Source: Raillietiella orientalis (taxonomy: Eukaryota). Taken from it: DNA of 64,000 bases. Shown here one piece after another: positions 12,600 to 24,299 of the stretch. The stretch spans positions 2,480,001-2,544,000 of the forward strand of contig JAYWIR010000025.1 of NCBI GenBank assembly GCA_036172245.1. Direction: 5' to 3'. The notes below the pieces were generated by a model that saw nothing but the letters and a program-made list of their open reading frames with translations, made no database searches and was not told where the DNA came from. Position numbers and translations under genes: made by a program. Each line of letters starts with the position of its first letter. Position 1 is the stretch's first letter.

Positions 12600-14300
12600 A
12601 ACCGGGTGTTGCGATCTTCATCCTTGCTCGTTTCTCAAGAAAGCAAGGCAAAGAGGAAGCAGCTCTCGATGGTTCAGCAACTTTCCCGTTGTGCCGGCAG
12701 TACTCGTGGCACGCCGTTGGCAAGAAATCAAAGCAGTGTCGCTGGGTACAAAATTCGACCCCCCTCTGCTGCGGGTGTTTGATACCGTGCACCCCTTAGC
12801 TGATCCGTCTCTCCGAGGCTCGCGTCCCATCCCCCGCCATCAGCAGCTAACCGTCGTCACCATTCGTAACTGTGCGGACTGGAAGCAGCTCTGGGTACAG
12901 GCAGATACAGCCGGAAGGGTTCGTGCTTGAGGCGCCAAGCTCTGACGTGGCGCCCGCAGCTTCGACCTTCCTCGGTTTCAAGAAGCGCTTGCTGCCGACA
13001 GGACCATAGCGCGTTCACGGCGGGACTCCCTCGTCTGCCTGAGCACCTTCCGGTCTGCCCCCATGAGCGGCTTCGCTGGGTGGGCGCGGGTGCTCCGATT
13101 CGAAGACTCGACGACGTGCCTGGCAGCCATCCCGCCTCTTAAAAGTCCTCCACCTCCAGGCTTCCTTCTCTCCGTCAGACGAACAGAGGCGCCTCTCTGC
13201 TTTGGTGGGCACCCGCCGCTACAGCAGCGAGCGAGCGGGATCAACGCAGCCTCCCGCGCGTCGCATGTCCGTCTTCCCCTCTTCCGGTTCCGCGGGAGCG
13301 ACTCTCGCCCAGGTTCGCGTCCAGTGACGAACGCGAAGACCAAACGGGCCAGCGCCCTTTCGGTGTAACGGAAAGCCTGTCGTTTCCCCTTGTTCCCTGA
13401 CGCGTCGCACCTTGCCCGGGAAGACAGCGAGCGGCCTTTGGTGCGCCGCGCTGATCCTAGAGGTGCGGTGGAGACACGGCCGGGAAAGCTTCCTCACGTC
13501 CCACCAGTCTCGGTCAGTTCCCACTTGCTCCCCGAAATCTCCCGAGCATCCTGGCCGGGGGAACCTAGTTCGGCGCGCTTCGCAGGGGGATCCAGATCTT
13601 CTTCGACTCCATCGTGGGAGCGATTTTTCCGGGAGTCCTGGAAGTCGAACCGATTGTCCATCCGGTCGACGTCCTCCAGCAGACATCTCCATGCAACAGA
13701 TTCACAAAGGCAGTCACGAGTCGCTCCGTTTCCTCTGCTCGCAACCCAGCAACTCGTCGTTTTGTGGATCGAGGACGTCCCACCGCCAGGATCCTTACCA
13801 CAGCCCCATAAGTCTCGTGGCTGCGTCCCGTCAGTCTCGTCATACTTTCTCCGACATGTCGAAATGCTGCGCCCGAGCTCTTCCGTGGCGCCTTGGGAGC
13901 GCGTTAGGGGAGCCATCTCCCGCCAACAGCCCTCTCGATGTGTGCTTCCTGGCACTCTCTAGGCGTCACGCCTTTCCGAGTACAGTCGGGAGTGACGTCA
14001 CGCAGCCATTCGGCATGCGAGGCAACATCTCGTAACACGCCTGGCGTCCCCTGCAGGAAAGAGTTGTTGCTCCCCGCGCAGCTCCTCCGATCGGGGGACG
14101 TCAAGGATGAAGCCGCAAGCGAAGGAGCCATCGTCGTGACAGGCAAGCGGGGTCACGCTCGGTGTGACCTATCCCTGGTTCTTGAGATCCCTCCCCCCCC
14201 CCCCCCCCTCATCTGGCGACCCCACACCGCGCTACGCTGGGTCGCGAGGACGCACCACATGGAGTTACTCCGCTCAGTCGAGAGCGGAAGTCGTTTGATG
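12600..14300 (-). mobile_element. degenerate LINE 5' part (ORF1/endonuclease), probably upstream half of the 8600-10960 element
   Basis: KVRR (NVRG-like, ~13410), AALIPL (GVAIL-like), GGDF-like DNA at ~13140. Same strand and in register with the RT relic beyond two nested insertions. Confidence 0.35.
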
Positions 14301-16899
14301 CGCTGTTGACCTGCGACGCTCTCCCACCGAAAGCTCGCCCATTCGCTGAACCTTTCGGTTCGAAGGGCCATTTTCGTCAGGTCACGGCGGGATTCGACGG
14401 TCCAGCGCGCGCGCGTTCATCCCATCTCACGCCCGTCTCCCCTCCGTTCAGAGACCGCGAACGTGTTCTGTCCACGCCGCGGGGCAGGTATGCCCTCCGT
14501 ATCTTTCGACTGCGCCGCGGCCGAAGCGACCATCGCGAAAAATCCGCGCGAGGTCTGCGAAGGCGAAGAGGTGCCGGGTCCCGCTCCCCCTCGTCCTCAC
14601 CTCACCACCCGAACACTCCCGTTCTTCGCCGCAGAGGAAGGAGCGAAGAGCGGCCGCTGTTCGTTGGCCGGGAGGAGGGCCGCGCTGCTGCCGAAGCTGC
14701 AGGGAGAAGGAGGTCGGCGGTCCCGTTTGTCTCGACCTTCCGCTCGCCACGCCTGTTGGTGCGCGTCACCTCGGCTGTTGATGCGCGGTGGTGGCGAGGT
14801 TGGCGCGTGCGACCTTCTGTTCCGTCGGCGGCTCCAGTGTGCCGTAGGTGCGCGCGTCTCAGAGCCGATGCTTCCGGGTCGGTCGCCTTGGGGTTTCGGG
14901 CTGGTCCTCTCCAGCGTTCTGCCGGTCGGGAAGAGGTCTACGGGCATACCGGGCATCGTGGGCGCTGCCGAAGACGTGGAAGGTGCGCCGCGTCTCCCGG
15001 AAAGGACGGCGACCCGTTTCAGCTGCGCTATCTCCGTTCGACTGCCCAGTCTCTGTATCGCTTGCTGGCGCACAGAGAGTTGAGACCGGGCACTTCGTAG
15101 GAAGACTTGATGGTCGGTTGCGTTTACGAGAGAGATGGGTGCTTGAGAATCTCGGTGGCTGCATTTCCCTAGTTACGCGGAAGGTGGTGTAGTGCTTCCC
15201 ATGCGCAGCACGCACAATCACAGGGAAGTACGGTGTTCGGGCACGCGCTTCCCGGTTACCTGAAGGTGCGACTCAACCTGCAATCCTCGGACAGAGGGAC
15301 GAATCGGGGAGAAGGGTGGGGAGCCATGCAAGAACGGAGATCAAGGAGAAGCTCAGTCACGCCAAGCGTAAGCTGAGAAAAGCGTCGCTAAGCTACTCGC
15401 GTCCACTTCCAGGTTTCTAGGCGGAAACACCGGAAGTCTCCGAGACTTTTTTCTTCTTCCTGATCTTCTTCTTCTTGCCTGATGAATAGCCGGATGCCCT
15501 GGGTCGCGATTCGCTGGACCTTTCGGTGTTTCGGAATTCTCCCGTCCGCCAGGCCGCCTTCTCTGCAAGAAAGTGATGTGCTGAAAGTGTTCGCCGATCC
15601 GAAGCGCACGCGCCAAGGTCTTCCGACGACCGCCTCCGAGGATGAGCGGAGCGAGAACTCGTGTGGTCTCTCTGGACGCGAGGTGTGAGCTGGTCGGGTA
15701 AAATCCAGAGAAAGTATTCCACCGGGCCGAGGGCTGCGGAGGTTTCCACTTTCCCGGCTGTTCGTGTCCCCTTCGACTTTCGTCACCCGAGCCCCATCGC
15801 GAGCGGGCCGGCTCCGGCCGACCCCAACTCAGCAAAAGGCCGCGAGAGGCGGACCCCTTTCTCTTTCTTCGGCGCGGTCCACCAGCCTCTTTGCTGTTCC
15901 GTGGACCTCAGCCACGGATGAGTGAGCGAACGGACGCTCGCTTCCAAGGGAGAGCTCCGGGAACCCGTTGCGGCTGCCACGCGCAGCGATCCTGCGCCGT
16001 CCCTCCCAGACCCCGGCGCTCGTCCTCCCGGAAAGCAGGAAATCCCGCTCCGGGAAGACGCCCACGCCGCTGTCCTCTCCGTCTCCATAGAGGGTGAATT
16101 CCTCGTTCTGAAGGCGAGGAGGACGAGGGTTCCTGCCGGGGTGGTCTTCGAGTCCGCGGCTTCCGTCCGAGGTGCCGCCGATGCCGCCGCACCTGCGTAG
16201 GTGGCGCCCCCGGGACGCACGCGGGCCGCTGCCTCCTGGCACACGTGGAAAGGAAAGCGAAAGGGAGGGAGCGACCTCCGCGCCGCCGCCTCCTGCCGGA
16301 ATCGGCGGCCGTACCCGGGTCCCTCCCTCACGCCCGAGTCTTTCGTGCTGGGGAGCCGAAGTCGGGAATGGCAGCAGTGAGGAGGGGGGAAGCAGTCGGC
16401 GGCCGGAGTGTGGGCAGCAACAGTGGTAGTCCCGTCTGTGGAGGGAGGCCGCGGCACGCCCGCAGCGCTCGGACGGTCTCTCGTGCTCCGGATCGAGCGC
16501 GCGAGGCCCTGCAGGCCTCTGGAGGCAGCCACCACCACTTCTTCCGATTGGCATCGCTGACTTGGTGCCGGCCCGCCTGCCCGTAATTGTCCCTTCTTCG
16601 GTGCGGTAGGGCCATCGCGCGACGCCGAAGGTGCGCAGCCTCTCCCGGAACGGCTGGCCACCCACTTCACGGATTGAGGACGGCCAACGGACCGGGAAAC
16701 GGGAGACGACTGGACGCATGCGTGGACCTCCACACATGCACGCACTCTCCACACTCGTCTCCTTGTTCTTACTCCACAGCTTGTGCGTTCCTCCTTCCTT
16801 GCTCGGAGTATTCTCTAGCCGCCTGCCTCCGGTCCTCTGGAGTTCTCTCTTCGGGAGGGTTCTTTCTCGACTGGGCTCGGAAGAACGGAGTCTGCGGAG

Positions 16900-19348
16900 T
16901 CGCTCTCATCCGCTCCTTGCCTAATTCCTGAGGGAAGCATCCCGACTCCGGCCACTTCCTCCTTCTGCAGGCTGCTTGCTGGTGCCAACGTGAGCAACAG
17001 CGAGGTCAGAGGGTTCTCCCTTCCACCCACATGGGGGCAAACCTCCATTAAGTTCGTGAGAGCGTAAATGGCTGCTGCTTACGTCTGTGGAAGGCAAGCA
17101 CCTTGAAAGTTCATGGGAATGCTCAAGCGTTGACGTCACAGCCGCCGACAAGAGCAGCGACGGCCACCGTCCGATTGGAAGGCAGGGGAGCTCAGCATGA
17201 TAAAGGAATGTCTTCGCCGCTGCCCCTCTTCTTGACTCTCTCTGGCGCACAGTCATCATCGCTTTCTCACCTCCTCCCCCCCTTCGTCCTCCTCTTTTCC
17301 TTCTCTTCCCTCCCTTCTCTTCCCCAGGGAGACCTTCGGGTTCAACCGTCCCCCCTCCCCCAGCCCTCGCCACCACCACCCCTAGACTCCGTTTCGACGA
17401 GAACCGAAAGCTCGTCGGCAAGGACCCTTTTTTCCCGGTATCTCCAGGGTTGATGAGGCGTGCGGCAGGAGGTGCACGCTGACGGCGCCATGACTTCGGA
17501 TGTAGATGCAGGATCCTTTCTCGTAGCATTCATCGAAACAGAGCAGAAGCGGCATCTCGCGGAGATTCGCTTCGTGTCCTTGCAGTTCCCCGTCTTCGGC
17601 TTCCCCTCGGGCCTTGGATCACGCTGAGAGGGAAAAGTGAGCTGGGTACAGCTGCGCGCGCTCGCCAGCCAATAACAGGCATGTCCGGACGGGGGCGGTC
17701 CTTGAACCTATCTCCTACCTGAGAGTCTTGTGCTATTTCAGGTTTCTCAGACACCTCCCTCATCTTCCTAGCCTCTCTTCTCCAGGTCCTTGCGTACGCG
17801 GCCGATCGATTTCCGGAGGACTCACCTTCGGATGAGGACCCCGGAAATTCGGCAACACGTTACTTTCTCCGGTTACGATTCTCACTTTGCAGCATCCTTG
17901 TTGGACTCCTTGTCGCTTCTTTCGCGCTTTGTTTTTTATTTTCTCCGGGCGAGGACTCTGTCCTTTCCCTTGAATCTGCTGACGGCCCAGGTTCCACAAA
18001 TCCTCCCTTCTGCCTACCCTTCCTTCTCGCGAAGATGAGCAGCCGGGCCTCCGTGTCCGCCTTACTCCGCGGATCCGAAGAAGAGGAAAGAAAATCCACT
18101 TCAGTGGATCTTACCAGTGCAGCGCGGGTGGTGCACCCGAGCAGGAAGGCACGCGTGCTGAGCGAGCTGCCGTGGAGCACGTCGATCCGCAAGCGGACCC
18201 ATCTGCAGCTCCCTTGCACCTGGACTCCGCGTCAGCCGAGCCATCTGGGTGAAGTTCGAAGAGATCCACGGCCATGCAGCTGCGAGGAACACCCGAGTGC
18301 AGCAGCAGCAGCAGTGTGCTCCCGCCGTTGCTGCGGAGGCTGTTTCGGGATTGGGGGGAAGGGGGACGGGTCCCACTCCGCCTCCCTCCCTGGTCGGGGC
18401 TTTGCCCCCTACGGGCAGCGAGCTCTGCGCTGCAGTTTGCACGGCACGCTGAGCCCATCCTCCTCCCGCAGCGTCCCGACGCAACCCAGCACTGCTTTGT
18501 CTTTCTGTAGCGGAGACGGTGGCGGTGGCAAACTCGATCGCTGCCACCACCGTCGCCGTTTCTGGAGACTGCTCCTGAGAGTGTCTTTGCACGTGTTCCC
18601 TTCCAACCCATCTCCAGCTGCGGGCACGTCCCCAAGGCAGATTCGTCGCCTCGGGTGGTTCCCGCTCCCAGCGTTCCCCTTCGCAGATTCTTCAGGTCTG
18701 CTGCGGGCGGTGTGGACCATATCAAAGCGTTCGTGAGTCCCCTGTAAAGAGGTGGACGATTCTCCAGCACTGGACGCTGGGTCTGTACCGCAAGTGCGGA
18801 GAGCAGGAATTCCTCCCGCTCCTCCTAGTTCACTTTGCCCTCCGACCCCTTTGGGGACGCTTTGCTGCGACCCTTGGAACCCCCGGCGGCAACGCCATAG
18901 ACGTTTTGAAGCCTCTTCCTGCGCAACGTTCTCACTCCGGCCGCATCCCTAGCAGCCCTTTGCTGCCTACTCGGGATCATGGCTGCATGGAGCAACGCCA
19001 GAGGAGGCCAGGACGATAGGGAAGCCATGTATTTTGCGGTGTATTTTGCCATGTATTTCTCTCTTCCTGAGAACAGCCCATCTGGGAACAGTGAAACAGG
19101 AACTTGCCGGAATCCATACAAGACATGCAGAGGACATCCTCCAAAACGCAGTGATCCCTTCCTGCCCCCTTCCCTTTTTTTGTATGTTTCCTTTTATTTT
19201 TCTTTTTGTTTGTCTCCCTTTCCCGTGTGCTGACGAGGCGAAACCCGCTGGCCTGCGTGCCAGTTCCTGATGACTTGTGGTTATAGTAACGTGGCAGGAT
19301 CAAACGTCCTTCCACAGACGTGTCCGTTTATTTATTATAAATAAACGC
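16900..19348 (+). mobile_element. degenerate LINE RT-zinc motif-3' UTR
   Basis: HVRTGAVLEP (VRQG.LSP-like, ~17680), VLAYAAD (~17786-17806), RKCGEQEFLPLLLVH (~18789), AALCCLLGIMAAWSNA (~18955), hairpin CTGGC-CTGCGT-GCCAG (19248-19263). Ends ATAAATAAACGC. Confidence 0.65.
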
Positions 19349-19349
19349 T

Positions 19350-20500
19350 CCGGCGTGATCGAATGTCAGCCCTTCGGAGATTCCTGGTCTTTGCAGCGAC
19401 GACAGTTCCCCGCGCCCGTCTAGAGGACGCTGTTCCCGTCCGCCACGGGCCGCGTCCGGTGACCTTCCCGGAAATTCAGGTTGAAGTGCCGAAATCGGTC
19501 CGCAGTCGGTTCCGCGATGCAGCTCTGGAGACGAGGCACTTCTGCATCACTTGACCCCTGTCAGGGGATGCGCGGCTTCTCACACATCTCCAGAGCGGGC
19601 GGGCACCAAGCAGGCGCGTTCGCGGGGCGGCAGCCCCCACTCTGCATCCGCAGGTGAGACGGGCTGAAAGGGGGAACGCCTCAGACCGCGAAGGCATCGC
19701 CGGAAACTGGGAAGGGGAACGAGAGGAGGGGGAAGACCAAGATCTGCGGGGAACAGCAGCGTGACTTTTCCAGCGGCTCCGGAGAACTTCGAAGAAAAGC
19801 GACCGAGCGGCAAGAGGGATGGGCAGCATCCCCGTCAGTAGCAACACCAGCAGCAAGAGGAGATTCAGAGGTACGTCCTCCTGACGAAAGGCTTCAGAAG
19901 AAAACGGTTACAAACGAAGGGAAGTCGAGCTTCCGGCGGGAGCGCGAGAGCGCTCCTGAAGAAGAAGATCCGCGGAAGATGCGCCAAGGATGCGTCCGAC
20001 CATCTTGAGACGGTATTCGTCCCGGCACGCCGGCTCTTGGGACCGGAGAGTACCCGAAACCGGTGACCAGCAAGGAGACCGCGAGCGCATTCGGCATCCA
20101 GGCAAGTCTGCGAGCAGTGTGATCCGAAGAGGAAGTCAGGAGCGCTGACCGAGGGATGCAGATGCTCACCGGGACCGAGAAGCAAGTAGCATCTGACTGG
20201 GAGAAGGGGGTAGGGGGAAGGGAGGGAGGTAGCGATGATGATGTGCGGGAGAAGAGCTGAAATGCGCTCGCGCACAAGCAAGGCCGTCTTTCGGCGGGGC
20301 GAGCAGCTTCGGTTGCTCCTGACGGGATTCAAGAATTCCATAAAAGCAACAGAGCCAACCCTGACCTGGAGGCAAGCGCCTTGGCCTCCTCTCCACAAAG
20401 CCCAACCGCGCTCTTCAAGCCGAAGCACACAAAAGACAAACGGGACGTGGATTGCCCTTGAGCTACATCTGGTCATTTTTTGGCCATTCGCTCTCAGATA
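19350..20500 (-). mobile_element. LINE 5' relic (ORF1 zinc knuckles + start of endonuclease)
   Basis: GSHCSQTCLDAECARGLLAGHRFR resembles tandem degenerate CCHC knuckles. LQS (LQE-like) at ~19525. Confidence 0.35.
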
Positions 20501-20557
20501 CAAAACAGAAAAAAAGCCGTCTGAAATTTGAAAAAAAAGAAAAAAAGACAAACGTGT

Positions 20558-21369
20558 TGGCGGCAGCCGTGTGGCTGCCGTCTCCACCCCTGGAGATACC
20601 CAGCGTTGTAGGTTCGACTCCCACCAGGGGGAAAGGATCGACGCCAAAAACAGGTTGTGGGTTTCGAGTCCTCCCCCTCCTTCCGTGGGACGGCGCTGGT
20701 TGGTCTGTAGGCTTCAGGTGCGGTGGCACTGGTGAATTCCCCGTCGACTGGCCAGGATCGGGAGTTGACCCTCCGGGGTCTTTCCAGGAATCAAGGGGTC
20801 GGTCCAATCGAGGTTGCTCTCCGGTTGTGACAATGGAGCCGGTTGATACCCCCCCTCGGTGGGATTGCCTCTCCAGAGTGTCTGGAAGCTCTCTGTTCCC
20901 TTCGGGGAACCTCCCTTCAGAGAGAAATTGGACAGCGTCCCTTAGCGGTTCTCTTCGGAGGAGGAGGATGCAAGGAGCGGTTCCCTTGCGGGTTCCCTCC
21001 GGAGAAGAAATTCCAGGAGTGGATCCCTTCCGGGAGCCCCCTTCGGAGAGGAAATGAGGACCGACCTCACAAACTGGATGGTCCTTCCGGATAGAACAAG
21101 GAATTGGTGGTTTCCTTGGGGGTTTCTCTCCCAAAAGTAAGAACGGACTCCTTCCCTCTGGAGTCCTCCTGGATTCAGAGGGTGGTCCCTTCCCTGAGTA
21201 CCCCCGCTAACTCGGAAAGTTGATACGCGCCCTCGGGTGGTGTGGACAGTGCTTAAAGAGCTTCGTAAGCTCCCCCTAAGGGGGCAGACAGTTCTTCAGA
21301 ACTTCGCTAACCAAAAAAAAAAACTGGAAGGAAAGCAGGGAAATAAAGAACCTCAAAGGATTTCCGTCA
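20558..21369 (+). mobile_element. tRNA-headed SINE-like structured repeat, copy 2
   Basis: B-box GGTTCGACTCC (20611-20621). Near-identical over hundreds of bp to 58628-59370 and to the reverse complement of 62414-63230. Hairpin array, 3' stem-loop, A-tract, tail ending TTTCCGTCA. Confidence 0.9.
20611..20621 (+). promoter_or_regulatory. RNA Pol III type-2 B-box
   Basis: GGTTCGACTCC matches the GGTTCGANNCC consensus, with an A-box-like TGGCGGCAGCCGTGTGG upstream at ~20558. Confidence 0.6.
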
Positions 21370-21699
21370 TCCTGGACCAACAGTAACGATCTCCCTGTGA
21401 GTTTGCTACTGGCCTTTCCTCAAAAAAAGAAAAAGAAATGCAAGAATCAAACGCGGGACTGGAAGAAAGCATACAGGACAACGTGGAAGCCTCGGGCCGT
21501 CTCGCTCCTGGCGTGCGACCCCCTTTTCCCGGCAGGTGCAACCAAAGCACCATCTGCAATATTGCAAGGGATCAGACCTCCCCTGCCTTTTAGCCTCAGC
21601 GAGACCCCAAATCTCTGCTCCTCCTGGTTCACTCTTGCCCTTTTCGAGAGCCCGTCGAAGGGTTTCCGACCCAATGCTCTGTTACCGCTGTCACTCGCC

Positions 21700-23600
21700 T
21701 TCCGTGCTGAGCATCCCGACTTGAAAGACCTCGCTCTTCAGAGCTTTCGGATGACCCGTTGAGACACCAGCTGATTATTTCACTGATCACGTAAAGGATT
21801 GGTTCTTCGGAAATGAACTGAACCAGTGACCCACTGCCATCATGCTAGTAGGCTCAAGCGGATTGCCGCAGACACTTGGGAGACGTTGACTACGAGGAGA
21901 CGCCCGTCTTCTCTCTCCCAGAGAGAAGACGGGCGTCTGTCTTCGATTTCCGAAACCACTGCCGACTGGAAAGACTCGCCTTATCGAAAGTGGCATCTGC
22001 TGGAGTCCGAGAAGTCTAGAAAATGCTATCAGTAGCAACAGCAGCAGCAGCCTATCAGTTTGTCGGGAACCAGTAAGAGGAGATAGTCATTCGGGAGGTC
22101 TTTCCATGGCGGGTTCAGAGGCTTGCGTAACTTCGATGCGAGTCTCCATAGTGATGCCTGGAGTGCGATCGCACAGCGGTTCAATCAAAGCACGTCAGCG
22201 AAGCGAGATGAGAGCATGAGCTCACGCCTCCCATCTGGTAACGCTGCGAGCGCACCCCGTTCCTCCTCTCCCCGTCTACCAATAGACGCAGTCCATCGGG
22301 AATCACGTTCGCCACCGTGCATCATATTTCCTATTTATTTATTTATTTACCGTCTCTCCGTTTTTTTTCTCTTCTCCATACGTAGTTCTGCCCTAAGTGA
22401 GAATCGGTTCCAGTTCCTGTGGTTCCGGTCCGGCCCTCACTTGTTGCACAGTTTTACTTTGTTTTCAATAAATGGCCCGGCAACTTTTCTGGGCAGAAAA
22501 GGTCACGCAGGGACGTTGGTTCTTCCCTGTCAGTACCGCTGTCCGGCGCGTATTTGATACGGAGAAAGAGGTCTGGAGCTACAGGAGAAGAAGGAACAAA
22601 AATGGATAATGGGGAGTAAAGGAAAGGTCACTGGGCTCCGCTCTTCATGCTTTCAGTCCTTCTGAAACGCAGACAATGCCCTCCTTCTCTTCTTGAATCA
22701 GCTGAGGTTACCTCTCCGCTCTCTGCTTCGTAGCATGGAGACGGCTAGGAGAATGACCTCTCTCCACCTCTGCGCAGCTCCTTTCCCAAGGCAGGTTGTA
22801 TCGATGCTGTGAACGCAGCACAAAATGATGCAGACGACAAAAAGCCATCTGGGACGAAGAACGCCTATTAGGGTCAGAAGAGTTGTCTGGGTGAAAGAGG
22901 ACCGTCCTCTTTCTGTGCTTTTTTTCCCGAAAGGAAGAACGCAGTCCGGACACTGGATCCTCCCGGTTTGGGGTGCAGTCCTTGCGCGGTTTGCCTCGCG
23001 GTCTGTTAATGGAGGCACCTATCGCGCATCAGGCCTCTGCGTATCTCGTGCCGTTGCTGCGCCGGACATCGGAGACAGCCGCCACCTGGCAGAGCGGACC
23101 TTTCCTAACAGCCCGCCGCATGAGAAGGTGTGCTGTTTCCTGGAGAAAGAGTCCTTCCCGTTGTGGGACCGGCGCCATGCGGGAAACCGACTGGAGCTTC
23201 CGGCGGAGGAATTTCCTCCAGGCCCTTGCGTGTGGCAGCGAGGAAAGGCTGCGAGAACGCTAAGGAGCTGCTCTCTCGGAGCTGAACAAACTGCACTTGG
23301 GGGCGGAGCTGTCTTGATCCCTTTGCTGAGGTCTCGCCGATCGCCTGGTTGCGCCGAGTCGTTCGCTGCAACGAAGAATAGAAAAGTAAAAACCATTCGC
23401 ACCTCGGCATTCAGTCAGATGAGTAAGCGTGGGAAAGTAGGAACTCTTCCAGAACAGGAGTCCCTGCTTAGCGAAGACAACGAGAGAGCGGGAATGGCAG
23501 CACCCACCGCGGGGCGATTCTCTGGCTAGGTCTGATTTGCCCCGTGCCCCGAGCTTGCAGCCAAATGAAGCAGGTCATGCAGGGAAGCTCTGAAAGAAGG
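21700..23600 (-). mobile_element. degenerate LINE RT relic
   Basis: SKGIKTAPPPSAV (RGVRQGCPLS-like, ~23290-23330). Boundaries uncertain. Confidence 0.35.
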
Positions 23601-24299
23601 GCATGGCTCGCTGGTCAGAGTCTTCCCCTTAAAATGCACACAGAAAAGGAGAGCGGAAGCTGCGAAACACTCGCGCCGTCAAAAATACGACCTTAGACTC
23701 AAGGCGACGGCTATCTCTGATCAAATCGGAAGGCGAGAAGAGAAAACTCGTCGCAGTGCTGAGACGATGGACGGACGATTGGGAGAGCTCTGGCGGCGGC
23801 AGACAAAAAACCAGGCGCGCTCGCCCCCCTTGCATAAAACATTCGCAACATGAAGACGAAGAAGAGGGATGAGTGGAGAGCAACGCCTCGCAGAGGGAAG
23901 GCGAGGATGGGCACTCCTGGCGCTTGGGTTCATGAGCACATGGATCGCCGAGGTCGATTCTCCTCGTGCCTCCCCACCCTTCCTTTTTCGCCCCCAGCCC
24001 TCCTTTTGATGCGCAAGAGGAGGAGCACGCCCACACGCCTCCAGCTCTCTCGTTTCTCTCGCTTGTTGCAGGCGGTCGAGTGGAACGCGGAAGCCTCTGA
24101 GACCCAGGGCGATGCAACTACCGGTTTGGAGGTGTCGAGACATCGGAGGCTGTTCTCGTTTGCAGAACTCACCTCCCGAGATGCCTCCCGAGGAAAGAGA
24201 GGGGGAGGAAGTGCACCCGGGGTAAGTCCCCGGACGGGCCGCCGTGGATGCTGGCGAGGAAGCCTTCGAGGCGATTCGCGAAGCGAAGAACCCCGACGT

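Noticed and set aside
19229..19310. Hammerhead-like CTGACGA-GGC-GAAAC and a nearby CTGATGA
   Set aside because: There is no room for stem II, and the core is not conserved in the sibling 3' UTRs at 12475 and 30680.
20452..21134. Similar ORFs repeated at ~20.5, 58.6-59.2 and 62.6-63.3 kb as a protein family
   Set aside because: They are translations of the non-coding repeat. Frames break between copies through non-triplet indels.
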